A stretch of 63,309 nt of DNA, filler included, from Globobulimina sp. (GCA_003354225.1; 42 parts of 42 records of this genome joined end to end with filler, not necessarily neighbours in it); one strand, 5' to 3'; counted from the whole stretch's first letter, positions 50,332-62,840 are shown. The notes: generated from the letters alone by a model not told the origin. Made by a program: numbers and translations.

Positions 50332-51238
50332 ATGTATCTGCGCTGTAGCATATTTTATATAATTTCAATGATGATGACTAAATCAACTCGATTGTTGCCA
50401 TCTGATGATTCTATAATTCATTGTGCCGGACAATCTAATGATGCATTTACATCATATTCACAGTATCTTAACAATGATACATTACCTGCGGTTCAAATGA
50501 TTTCTTCTAAAATTAATTATACAACACAACGGATACTAAAACAGTTTGATGGATTACAAACAGTGTTATCTGCATATCCCACAAACCAATGGGTCGCAGT
50601 GCAAGTCGGTTTATCATTCTCTGGTTTATCTACAAATGTTTCAAACGGAATGTATGATCAAAATATTTTGACATTCATTGAAGCCATGAAAGCAATGAAT
50701 CGACCATTTTGGGTGCGGTTAGGCTATGAATTCAACGGAGAATGGAATGACTATTTACCAAAACAAGATTATATCAATGCATTCAAACGAATCACTTCAT
50801 TTTTTAGAAAGGATACTTGGGCATCGACCTATATTGCAAATGTGTGGGATTTTAGTGCAGATGCAGCTGATTTGAATTATAGCAGTTATTACCCAGGCGA
50901 TGCCTCAGTAGATTGGTATGGCGTTAATATATTCTCTGGAAACAGTGCGCCAAATTCAAACATTGTCGCAGATTTTATAAGCAATGCATGTCAGAAAAGT
51001 TTCCCTGTGATGTTAGGCGAATCAACGCCACGGTATACCGGAGTTTTAAATGGCACACAATCTTGGAATGAATGGTTTGAACCATATTTTTATTCGTTAA
51101 TATTGGACCCAACTTCCTGTATAAGACAATTTTGTTATATTGACTGGAATTGGACAACAACCACAGAGTGGCCAGATTGGGGTGACGCACAAATACAAAA
51201 TAATCAAATTGTTGGTTCAAACTATCAAGCTGCGTTAT
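50332..51238 (+). CDS. Glycoside hydrolase family 26, 3' partial
   Basis: VRLGYEFNGEWN (acid/base), YYPGDASVDWYG, PVMLGESTP (nucleophile). Confidence 0.85.
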
Positions 51239-51338
51239 NNNNNNNNNNNNNNNNNNNNNNNNNNNNNNNNNNNNNNNNNNNNTTAATTAATTAANNNNNN
51301 NNNNNNNNNNNNNNNNNNNNNNNNNNNNNNNNNNNNNN

Positions 51339-52747
51339 AACACAAATAATAAATATATGTAATATATAAACAAGTCAAGTATCCGCTGGACAGCCAGCGG
51401 ATCAGTCTAATTTTACTCTATTAATAATTATTTCGCAATATATTTTTTAATTTCTTCATATTTTTATAATCTCAAACATATTTATAATCTAATAATCCCA
51501 GGCCCCGGAATTTCTTATAATACGTCAGTTTGTCCTTCTCGGTGATGTTGACGTCAATTAGTCAATGATGATGATGATGTTAGTGATCTTCAAAACGATC
51601 TTCAAAACGTCACTTAAAAACAATCCTTTCGCGCCTGTTACAACTGCTGTTGAAATAGAATCACTGCTCATTTCCTCTCAACATACTAACTAAGAAGATT
51701 ACTAAGATTTTCTTGAAGTGAGCTAGTCATCACTTCAGTTTATGTGGCGTCACACTTCTTTAATTTTTCATTAAATTAATAGGTGTCTCCGATAAGTACT
51801 GATCAGTAATATATTGATGCTATTATTATAGTAATATATTACAATTGACTTTTTAGGCTTAAACTTCTAAACACTTCTTTTGCGATTGGCAAGGTTTTTG
51901 GGTTAGCTAGAGTCACTAATAAAAACTTTTTTTTGCAATTATTCTGAAAATCAGGCACCAAGCGATGTATCCTTCCCACAAGCAAGCAAGCAAAGTGGTG
52001 CTGATATATGGAAAAAACTTTCTTTATTCTCCTGTGGCTAGAGTTGTTTTCAACCTAGTATTCGAAGTTAACCTAGTATTCGAATCCTAGTATTCAAAGT
52101 TGAAAACCACTCTAGCTAACCCAAAAACCTTGCCAATCACAACCACATCGTCCGGCAGTTTTGGCTACGGAGGATTTCTGAGTCTGCCTGGCCAGACTGA
52201 ACTCCGGAACACACACACAAAAGAAGTGTTTAGAAGTTTAAGCCTAAAAAGTCAATTGTATATATTTATTTTTTATTTTTTATAATTATAATTATGTTTG
52301 TTCTGTATTCAGTGTATTGATGTTTTCATTTGAGATTAATGCTAAAGCAATACGTATGCACAACATCATAGTCATATATTAGCACAGCAACAAACACAGC
52401 ATCAAATACATCGTCACCAACTATTTATACCAACTATTAATGATACATCGTTACATTATTTATACCAGCATCAAAATATGAATCATTACTAGAATATGAA
52501 GTGCCCAATTTTTTTTTCTTTTGATCGCGATATGATTGCTCCAATGCTAATGCAGCCGATACATTCCACGCTGCTAATTCACAAAATACCTTTCGTTTCA
52601 GATGATCCACCTCCAATTACACAACATCAACACAAATAATAAATATATGTAATATATAAACAAGTCAAGTATCCGCTGGACAGCCAGCGGATCAGTCTAA
52701 TTTTACTCTATTAATAATTATTTCGCAATATATTTTTTAATTTCTTC
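51339..52747. mobile_element. 1290-bp non-coding circular/tandem unit with Helitron-like end signals and nested inverted repeats
   Basis: 119-nt terminal direct repeat (51339-51457 = 52629-52747); hairpin 51381-51402 then CTAA; IRs 51840-51882/52218-52260 and 51884-51913/52109-52138. Confidence 0.5.
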
Positions 52748-53491
52748 NNNNNNNNNNNNNNNNNNNNNNNNNNNNNNNNNNNNNNNNNNNNTTAATTAAT
52801 TAANNNNNNNNNNNNNNNNNNNNNNNNNNNNNNNNNNNNNNNNNNNNACTTTATGATAAAAGTTAGCATTGGTGTTAATTAACCCCACCTTTTTTGTCGG
52901 CACTACGTCTTTGTTTTGGAAGTTGTCGCTCCAATTCAAATTTTACTCGTGGGTGTATATACCATAATTACTCGCGAGGAAAGCATGTTTAGATTGTGAA
53001 CTATTTTGCTTTCTGGAGTTTTTTGACCAAAACAGCGAAATTCTCGCCGACCACAATAGAAAACCACTGCACCTAGGTTTGAGGGAAAAATCAATTTAAA
53101 AATTTAACAATGTCGTTTTTATAATTTCTTGATTATCAATAACATTTCCATTCAGATAAAATTCATATTTTTCAATAAGTTAATATTAAACAAAATTGTT
53201 ATAATGTGTTCCTCTATTAAGTATAATTTAATTCTCTCGCCATATAGTAGCAGCTATTTTTTTGTTTTGAGATATTATTTCAATTGTATGGACTTGAATC
53301 AGTATTTTTTAAACTTGCATATTACAGTAAAATTATAAATTTTAAGTACCGATCAGGACTCATTTAGGATTACACGCATCATCTTCGAAAGGAGACCCTT
53401 AGATTCACTGAAAAAGATACATTTATTCAAATGTTCCAATCACGATGGGATACTTTTGAGATTAGTGCAAGGAAGTGCATAATTCTTTTAG

Positions 53492-53556
53492 TAATAATAT
53501 TGGACTGAAGACTCCGCTTGAAACTTTACCTTTCAAGTGGAGTCCGAATATTATTG
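53492..53556. terminator. Strong stem-loop downstream of a bacterial gene
   Basis: gactccgcttgaaa-ctttacc-tttcaagtggagtc with outer aataatatt/aatattatt. Confidence 0.5.
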
Positions 53557-53599
53557 GAGATCTCCAATACAAACCTATATTTTTTAAGGAAGTATAATT

Positions 53600-54256
53600 C
53601 TATAGTTTCCTGCTAGATACTAAAAGATCGCTTGAATACCAGCCTTGGGGATGGTTATTTGTTGCAGGCAGGATCTGGAATAGTGATCCCTCACTACTCC
53701 TTTTTTCGTAGATTGCATAATCGCCTCGATTCAAATCAAAGATATACCGGCCTGAAGTCAAGAGTGGCAAATTATTGGGGACATTAGTTCTCAGCAGTTT
53801 TCCTTTTTTGGAATACTCGGAATATGAAAGTTCAGAACTTTTGAAATACTTGTGACCAGTGACTATATCGTAATATGCAAAACCTGTAGCTATGAGCTGT
53901 TGTCCATCATATAAGATGGTTTCCCGAGAGTTAGAATAACCGAGTCCTATATTGTCCAAATTCTGAAAATTCTTCAAGGACACTATAATGTCTTTGCATT
54001 TCCAATCCTTAGGATGAATGCTTCCTATTTGTTCTATTTTGTATTGCCCTGTTTTTTCATAAAGCAAATAAGATCCTGGCACTATTTCTCTGATGTACCG
54101 ACCCGAAGTTAGAAGGGAGCAGGAGTTAAGGAGTCTTTTTCGGAGCAGCTTTCCTTTTCTGGAGTATTCGGCATAAGTATCATCAGAATTTTTTAAATAC
54201 TTGTGGCCGGTGGCGGTATCAAAGTAAGCGTCTCGCGTTGCAGCAAGATTACTTCC
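53600..54256 (-). CDS. Bacterial-type hypothetical protein with two tandem internal repeats, 5' partial
   Basis: YFDTATGHKYLKNSDDTYAEYSRKGKLLR..LLTSGRYI and YYDIVTGHKYFKSSELSYSEYSKKGKLLR..LLTSGRYI. Confidence 0.75.
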   Translation of the reverse strand, partial: GSNLAATRDAYFDTATGHKYLKNSDDTYAEYSRKGKLLRKRLLNSCSLLTSGRYIREIVPGSYLLYEKTGQYKIEQIGSIHPKDWKCKDIIVSLKNFQNLDNIGLGYSNSRETILYDGQQLIATGFAYYDIVTGHKYFKSSELSYSEYSKKGKLLRTNVPNNLPLLTSGRYIFDLNRGDYAIYEKRSSEGSLFQILPATNNHPQGWYSSDLLVSSRKL

Positions 54257-54356
54257 NNNNNNNNNNNNNNNNNNNNNNNNNNNNNNNNNNNNNNNNNNNN
54301 TTAATTAATTAANNNNNNNNNNNNNNNNNNNNNNNNNNNNNNNNNNNNNNNNNNNN

Positions 54357-55389
54357 AGTCAGCAGTATCAATGATGGTTTGATCCAATGGCGTAAATTGT
54401 ACATTCAAATCATGTACAGTTCTTTTGTTATGAGCTACTTTAACGACATTCAATGTTGCTACCAAAAAATCATTTATCACTGGATCGAATATTCCAATAA
54501 GTTTCCAAATAATATCAGGTGCTACATACATCGGAATATTATAGCCTTTTGTTTTGTATTTTTCATTTAATATAATTGCAATGTCTTTTAGCCATAAATG
54601 ATGGCTCCCTACAACGTATCGATTAACTCGATTCTGAGATAATTTCGTGTGGAGCGCATTGATATGACATAATGCAACATCTCTAACATCGACATAAACA
54701 TCACACCAATTGGCTAAAAATGGAAAATTACGATTTAAAAAGCTATAAATGATATCATTGGATTGATTTATTCTTTTGTTTAATAGTGGTCCAATTACCA
54801 TGTATGGATTGATTGAAATAAATTGAAATGGCATATTATTTCTTTCCATAAAATTCCATAAATATTTTTCAGAGAAAGTTTTTGATTTCATATATGCGGC
54901 CAAGTGATGGTTTCCGTCAATGTCACTCCATAAATTGCTATCTATTGTTATTACTGATCGAGGCATATTTTCAATGGGACAAATTATTGCTGCATCACTT
55001 GATGTGAATATAAATCTTTTTATTGTTTTTTTGTGCTTTAAGCAAAATTTTAAAATACGCTTTATTCCATCAACCGCGCCAGTTATAATTTCTTGATCAG
55101 ATATGATGTTTCCAGAATCTCTCGATGGTATTGGACTGGCTACACACATGATATATTCACAATTTTCAATAATTCCATCCCAATTAATGTCAGAACATAA
55201 ATTTGCTTCAACCAATGTCAATACATTCTGTTTCTTTTTATTTTGTAAATCATACAAATACTTGAATTTTGTTTGATTTTGCAAATTCCGAACAGTACCA
55301 ATCACATTGTAGCCTTTCTCTAACAATTGTTTAATAATATGCCCAGCAATGAAACCAGTCGCGCCTGTCACTAATACAGTTTTAGACAT
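54357..55389 (-). CDS. Extended SDR, NAD-dependent epimerase / aldehyde reductase II (DFR-like)
   Basis: VLVTGATGFIA, FTSS, YMKSK, INPYMVIGP, VDVRDVA. Confidence 0.95.
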
Positions 55390-55527
55390 TTATACTGAAG
55401 TTGGATGAACGAGTGATAAGCAGGAAGAACAAGTGGAAAGTATGAATTATGAGGACAAGAATAGAAACAATCTATAAATTATGTAACTGTGAATCAAATT
55501 AATCAAAACTCATCGTTAAGCTTTAGC

Positions 55528-55765
55528 ATGTCAGCAGATTCTAAACTGTCATTGGTCAATCCAGATTTTTCTGACTTGTATTCAACTGCATATTTGCATA
55601 ACAAAGAGAAATCAATAAAAAAAACGATTTTAGCATTCATTGCAAATTGGATATTATTATTTTCATGGATCTTTGGATATGTATTTATTGTGGTAAACTT
55701 GCTTCAATTATATTATGGATATTATACATCTTTCATAATCCTTGCAATCATTATATATTTTTTGA
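55528..55765 (+). CDS. Membrane protein N-terminus, divergent from the SDR
   Basis: ATG then hydrophobic helices to the contig edge. Confidence 0.45.
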
Positions 55766-55865
55766 NNNNNNNNNNNNNNNNNNNNNNNNNNNNNNNNNNN
55801 NNNNNNNNNTTAATTAATTAANNNNNNNNNNNNNNNNNNNNNNNNNNNNNNNNNNNNNNNNNNNN

Positions 55866-57274
55866 TGGATGCGGTGCAAGCGAAACGTCCTCGTATTCGT
55901 ATTGAACCTGGAGAAGGTACAATTACTTATGCTGGAGTTGAGATCCCTCATCCTGATGGGTATGATAATCTTTTTAACAACCATCTCGATAGGATCGATT
56001 GTGACAATCGCGCACCAAATCCAGAAAAAGCAAAATCCAGGGAAGAGGCATTCGAGACCGAAGGTCTTCCTGAAAGACACGTACAGACGAATCGACCCAT
56101 TGAAAAACCATGTGGTCGTAAACGATTGACAATTCCATCAAGAAACAAAAAGATCCAAGCTCGTACTTGGGAATCATACGATGACACACTGTATGCGGCT
56201 AATTCAACAGCATCAGATGAAGAACGGATGAAACATGTAAAGAAAATGATTGACATGAAGGTACCTGATGCTATACTGTATGGGATATTGAACGGTTTTG
56301 AACCCGAGTTACTCAAGAAATGTGTTGAGAGAATTCCAGAAATCAAGAAAGAGAAATTGGCAATTCAATCGGTGGAAGTAACTGAAACAATCGAAGAAGA
56401 GTTACCACCAGAACCTGAGAATGTAGAACCAGCATTTCAACGACTGAAAGCATTATATTTGAAGTACCAGATTAATTTGGTACATGATATACTGGGAAAC
56501 ATCCACAACAAGGATGCCAGAAATGCTATAGTAAGTCGTCTGCTATTGGACGAGCAATTGGCTCAAATGAGACGAGCACCTTATGTTATGTTACTGGAAT
56601 ACTATGGAACTCCTGAAGAGTTGACAATTCGATCCGATGGAATACAGGAGTGGGCACAAGGATCAGAATTGGCCCGGAGTGGAAAACATTGGGATACGAC
56701 CGTAATGTTTGGACCAGGTACAACTAATTTAAAGTATGCCCAAGGAGGAAGGTTATTGTTTGGAACTGCTTATGAAGCACCTAAAGATACTACCACATTC
56801 GACGTAGTAGCAACAATAATCCATGTTAGTCGTTTGATACTATTTCGGATTACAGATGGCTCATGGCGTCGAATATCTGCGTTAAGGAAAATCGCGGGAT
56901 TGGACACAGTGTACATTTCCAATATGGGATGGATATCCTACATCCAAAACTATAAAGGAGAGTATCTTGAGAAAGCAGGATATCTTAAATGTTGGTTTCG
57001 AACATTAAACGATAATGCTCGTGGATGGGGTCATGAAGAAAGAGTCACAGTTGACTTCAACCAACCTTATGTAACTCAATTCGTACGGGACGACCGTGTA
57101 GCCTTACGAATTCGAATTCAGGACCAACCTTATGATGTATGGGACAACGAAGGGTTACCTGGACGACCAATATTAATGCCCAGAGGAATGCGTTGTCGAA
57201 TGTATGCAGAGACAGGACAATTTGTGTATCGAACACGAGTAGAAGAAACAATAGGAGTCATTAAGAATTTTGTC
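55866..57274 (+). CDS. Unrecognised intronless protein, open across the whole contig
   Basis: About 470 stop-free codons; less AT-rich and less Asn/Lys-biased than the host-type genes. Confidence 0.75.
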
Positions 57275-57374
57275 NNNNNNNNNNNNNNNNNNNNNNNNNN
57301 NNNNNNNNNNNNNNNNNNTTAATTAATTAANNNNNNNNNNNNNNNNNNNNNNNNNNNNNNNNNNNNNNNNNNNN

Positions 57375-58435
57375 CCCTCGTCATTCAGTATAATACCTAC
57401 AATTGCTCCGATTTTATGTTTAAACATTAATATATCTGACGATTTATCACATTGTATTTTAATAACAAATGGAAACGATATACACTCATTATTATTATCA
57501 GCAATATCAGCACTTTGGTTATATATTGTTACAATTTGTGTTTCTGTTTCTGTTTTGGTTTCGGATTTATTGTCATCAATAAATGCATTAATATTGGTTA
57601 TAGTGGTCGGACAATAATAAACCACGATGCATTGATTAATAATATGCATAATATTTACAGTCTCGTTTTCAATTACTTTTATATCGGAGTTATTATTCGC
57701 AGTGCATATAATTATATCTTTTGAGCCTTTGCCAATGGAATCGCGCACAAAACATAATGAAGCATATCTTTTTAAGTCGTTGATTGTCTCGTTTTTTTTC
57801 ATGGCAATACCATGATATATTGGCTTTATATTGCTATCATATTGTTTTGTTAATGAAATAAATAGAAATTCAACAATGATATATTCAGAAGCAAGCAATA
57901 TATTGTTAACCATTTCATATTCACATTTATGATATAATTCATTTACGATTTGGATTAAATAGGGTTTATATTTTGGAGTGGCTTGGATGGATTCGATTGC
58001 TTTGATACACTGTGATTCAATGTTTCTTAATTCGAATTCTTTGCATGTAAATAAAATGTCTACTAATAAATCAACGGTTAATTTCTGCGGATTTTGATAA
58101 AAATATGATTGAATAAATTCAAATGATTTACATGAAATATGATTTAAATGGAATATGTCATCCAAGCCAGTATTATCATCACCGTCATCATCTAAACCGA
58201 CATCAGCATCATTACTGTTATTTTGTGTCTTCTTTTCATCATATAATAATGCATTAAATTTAGGTGAATTCATTGCAAACAATCCACTGATACCATAGTA
58301 AATTTTATTTTCGATTCCAACCTCAAATTTAATATCTGACAGTTTCTCGTTGTTAATTAAGGTCTTTAATGCATATCGAATCACTTTTCTATCCTTTTCA
58401 GTCTTAAACATTTGCTTTTCTTTATAAGACGCCAT
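57375..58435 (-). CDS. BTB/POZ-domain protein, 3' partial
   Basis: LSDIKFEVG...GISGLFAMNSPKFNALLY...FEFIQSYFY. Confidence 0.85.
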
Positions 58436-58501
58436 GCTCACAGCTTTAATGCACAGCTGTTTTTTCAGTAACTTTATAAAGTATAGGTTTTTTGATTGAA
58501 C

Positions 58502-58783
58502 ATGTCACAGCGAGCAGATGACTGTCCAATCTGTTTACAATCATTGAAACACAATCAAGAAGTATCACATCTAGCATCATGTTGCCATAAATTTCATAAA
58601 CATTGTATTAAACAATGGCTGAGGATTACTGTATGCAATATTCATTGACGTATATTCAGAACTGTTGAAAATAAAATTATATTAAATACATAGAAACATC
58701 CAACATGTCCTATATGTCGAGATTTAACAAGTATTGCAATGACAGATGATACAGAATGGTTACCATCAAATTATCAAAACAGC
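58502..58783 (+). CDS. RING-H2 E3 ligase N-terminus, intron 58631-58693 (absent from ORF track)
   Basis: MSQRADDCPICLQ...CCHKFHKHCIKQWLRIT|KHPTCPICR after removing GTATGC...CATAG. Confidence 0.9.
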
Positions 58784-59062
58784 NNNNNNNNNNNNNNNNN
58801 NNNNNNNNNNNNNNNNNNNNNNNNNNNTTAATTAATTAANNNNNNNNNNNNNNNNNNNNNNNNNNNNNNNNNNNNNNNNNNNNTTAACACATGGTACCAC
58901 CCAATTTTCAGATTCTTTCTCTTGGTAAGCTACGTTTGAACGTCGATTAGCAGCATCGAGAAGGGCTCCTAAGAGCAGCAATTCCTCCGCCATTGGGAAG
59001 ATTCAGATCTAGCCAAGTGTTGAAAAATTGTTTGATGAATTAATGTATTTTGGGGAAAGTAT

Positions 59063-59799
59063 AATGAAAAGTGCTGGTAACATCTCATGCTGTGTTTATT
59101 TCATCATTTGCATTTTCTACCCATGTTTATCATGTAACTATGGGCAATGGATGAACAACCCGTTAATGATAAGTACAAACGACTGTTTATCATACACGTC
59201 GGTCAATATGGGCTCTGCCAAATTCATGTGTATCAACACTACAACAATAGCTCTAGCGAGTTACTCTACAAATAATTGCAGCGGATTATATTCCACGTTG
59301 GACTATGGTTATTCAGGTAAATGCTCCACAAATACGCAAAGTCCCTGTGATGTTAAAGCAATGTCATTTTATAATAATTATCAATGTTCTGGAACGCCTG
59401 TATGGCACAGTAATGTGGTGATAAATGAATGTGGCTATTTTGGAAACGCAGCATATGTCATGCAATGTGGTCAAGGAGAAATATATACTACTCATTATGG
59501 TGGAAGTTTAGTGGATGTTTGTCATATTATTAATATATGTATTAAATATAATAATGTGAATAGGGACAACGTGCAACGGAGTTGCATCACAAACACATGT
59601 TATTCAACCTGAATATTGTTCGGATGTTTGTGGAGATAAGCAAGTGAATAACCAGAGTATAACAACTACATCAAATTCATTGGGGAATAACACAACAACT
59701 ACAGTAGTAACAGTATCGACTTCATTGAGTTTTAGATTTAGTATCAGTGTTTTATTTGTTGTAATTGAATTGAGTTTCGTTTGTTATATGATGTATTAA
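59063..59799 (+). CDS. Secreted Cys-rich protein with Thr stalk and hydrophobic C-terminus (GPI-like), intron 59506-59563
   Basis: Signal-like N-terminus; the phase-1 intron restores a frame ending TTTVVTVSTS...VLFVVIELSFVCYMMY*. Confidence 0.7.
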
Positions 59800-60052
59800 T
59801 GGTAAGTTAAAATTAGTTGTTGTATACCGAAAATTCAATTATAAATTTGTTCTGACTTTGTTCTCGATTTGCAAACCCAAGACAAAGTCATAACAAACCC
59901 GGAACAAACCCAAGACAAACCTATAGCAAACCGTTTCTGGATCCGAAAAGCGTTTCTCAGATAATTGAAAAAATGTATACAACTTAGCGACCAGGGGGGG
60001 GTTATGTTTTGGAATATATCGTTAAAAACATGTTTGTAATCTCGATGTTTAG

Positions 60053-60292
60053 ATGGGAACCATTCCTATAAGAGCTTCGTCATCTTATTTACAAGAATCC
60101 TTTGAAAGTAATCATGCATTTTGTATTGCTTTCAATGCATTCTTTGAAAGCAATCGTGCGGATGGTGTTGATTTGAACGCGTTAAATGAATGGTCCGCCA
60201 AATCAACAAAATATATCCATTCATTAAAACAAGAATATAAGAAAGAAACATTAAATATCCACGACGTAAAGACTGTTACTTTGCGTATTTTA
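60053..60292 (+). CDS. Hypothetical protein N-terminus
   Basis: ATG-initiated ORF running to the contig edge. Confidence 0.35.
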
Positions 60293-60392
60293 NNNNNNNN
60301 NNNNNNNNNNNNNNNNNNNNNNNNNNNNNNNNNNNNTTAATTAATTAANNNNNNNNNNNNNNNNNNNNNNNNNNNNNNNNNNNNNNNNNNNN

Positions 60393-61801
60393 ATTGCAAA
60401 AATAAATTTATTTTATCATTTTTCCAGTCTGTATTTTTGATTAAAACATCTTCAATCAAATATTTCAATGAATTCTCCCCTTCAAAATCAAATATTTTAT
60501 TTGTTAAATTTTTATTTTTTATATTATTAATAATTACTTTGTATAAATAATTACACCATATCTCACCTTTATTTTCCTTATTTTCTTCATTATCATCATC
60601 CAATAATCCCAATACTTTACATCCATATAACATGTCACTAAATCCATTATATCGCAAAGTACCTCGATACATACTTTTCAATTCATTTTTATCTAACTTA
60701 TATTTGTCAATATATTTTAAAGAATCCCTATTTGCTAAATGTTCAAACGATAAACTTGGATACGGATTATCCAAATATTGTAATGCAAATTTATTTGCTA
60801 GTAACTCATCACCACAAATATTGATTAACTTACCCTCTGTTAAATATCGTGCATCATTACGCAGTGCTCTTAATACTCCCATTGGACTCCATGAAAATTT
60901 ATATCCAAATAAATTATTTGCACTCTCAGGGGACGGTAATCCGCCACAATAACTTGCAAATCCATTAATACCTTCATCTCTCACCTCATTAATTATTTTT
61001 ACTGCAGACATATGATCCAAACCTGGATCCAATCCACATTCATTCAATAAGATAACATTTGCATTGATTGCATCTTGATGCTGCAACTTCATTTCATCGC
61101 TAATATAACTGGCAGTTGCCATATCTTTACCATATTTAACACAACTTTTGGCGATGGGTATATGCATTGAGGCGGGCAATAAACTAATAACAATATCATG
61201 TGTACTGACTAACGCATCAATATTACCACTCAGTACATCAAATAGCATTGTTTTACAATATTTATTTCCATCACATAGCGTATTTGCAGCGGATATATCA
61301 TTACTTGCCACAGTTATATTATTGTTACCACTCAAGGATAAGAAATCAATCACCGGTTTACTAACAAATCCTGAACCAAATAATAATATATTCTTAGCTG
61401 GTTTTACGTCTTCATTTCGCTCGTTTGCAATATAATTTTTATTTTGTTTCGTTTTTGCTGATACCGATATATCGTCATCAGAATCATTCGGATCTATATT
61501 ACTTTGCTTCTCTGTTTCTTTGTTTTTCGTTTCAAATTTACGCGTTGCCCCAAAAGGTAAGGTAACTAATTTTGCTTCAGCTTTTGGATGTAATTCGCAT
61601 AAAGTGTTCAATTTAGTGACTAATTCATCCATTTTGCGCTCATTTGTATCATGACTGATATGCATATCAATCTGTAATATCAGTTGTGATGCTTTTTGCA
61701 ACTCTCTGGTGTTTACCTTTGAGGCCAGATTTAATATGTTATACTCACAATTCTGAATCTCAATCATATCCAATATTTGATTAATAATTCCAGAATCAAA
61801 T
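60393..61801 (-). CDS. AASS: Saccharopine dehydrogenase domain of bifunctional LKR/SDH (AASS-like), partial
   Basis: ILLFGSGFVS, VISLLP, TASY, NECGLDPGLDHM, SYCGGLP, YKFSWSP, RGTLRY; upstream linker domain. Confidence 0.92.
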
Positions 61802-61949
61802 NNNNNNNNNNNNNNNNNNNNNNNNNNNNNNNNNNNNNNNNNNNNTTAATTAATTAANNNNNNNNNNNNNNNNNNNNNNNNNNNNNNNNNNNNNNNNNNN
61901 NGCCAATCAGGCTGTCCGCCCAGGTTATTCCGACAATCCACGGTTTAGT

Positions 61950-62600
61950 GTGGGTGGCGAAGGTTATTCCGACAATCCAAGAACATGGCCATTTCTACAA
62001 TCCTCCGCTGCGGCCACCTCAATGGCACAAGAAGTGGCAACTTGGTCCAGCAAATATGGCGCAGATGGCATTGATTTAGATATTGAAACCGGCGCTGGCG
62101 ATGATACAAATCAAGCAAATAATATGTTGGTTTTTGTCAAGGAGTTAAAGAGGTTGGCTCCAGGTTTTCCCGGTGTCAAAGCCGAAACTTTAATTGTAAA
62201 TAATGGATGGTCCTCTTCTGGAGCGCCAACGGGATTGGTCGACTCCATTGGTATTATGGTATATAACAACGAAGGTTTGTATATGTATATATATGTACAG
62301 ATATATTGAATGTATACATATTATTAATGTGCATTTGTAGCGTCATTGAATGATGTTAAAAACTATGCAAATCCCAATGGTAATGGAGTAACAGATATAT
62401 TGAAGGTATACAAGGGGGAGCTGCAGGGGCTACAATCACGGATATGGCAACAAAATGTGTGCAGCAACAGTTACAGGGATTGTATGTGTGGTATTCGAGT
62501 GTTTTTGATAAAACAAGAAATAGGAATGCATTTAGTTATGGTAAGAATAGCAATGCGTATGGCGGACCAGGGCAAGCTGCCTGGGCTCAGGCTTTAGTAA
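61950..62600 (+). CDS. GH18 chitinase-like fragment, spliced and possibly rearranged
   Basis: GGEG, DGIDLDIE catalytic motif, IMVY, GLYVW; intron 62275-62340. Confidence 0.75.
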
Positions 62601-62840
62601 TTTTGAAAAAAGGAGATGGCCAATCATCACTTAAAAAATGAATTGTTTGTCAGTTAAACTTGAAATCATTGTTTCTTAACAGAGCATTGTATCCTTGCAC
62701 TCAGTGCGCAATTTACAATTTCCCTTCATGCGATGATAGAAAAAAAAGAATATATACTTTAATATGATAATACTATAAACTTATTATTTAATAATACAAA
62801 AAACGTCAAGATATATAATACATATTCATTATTAATAATA

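Noticed and set aside
52054..52098. TTCGAATCC as a tRNA T-loop or SINE B-box
   Set aside because: Part of a short tandem repeat; no cloverleaf or A-box. I found no tRNA, rRNA or CRISPR array in the window
53503..53525. CTGAAGA...GAAAC as a second hammerhead
   Set aside because: No stem II between the boxes and no stem I; the bases belong to a simple hairpin
59845..59935. CAAACCC/ACAAAC short repeats with an inverted TTTG flank
   Set aside because: Too short and degenerate to call an element
61922..61980. 19-nt direct repeat AGGTTATTCCGACAATCCA at the chitinase contig start
   Set aside because: Two copies at the contig edge; most simply a local amplification or assembly rearrangement
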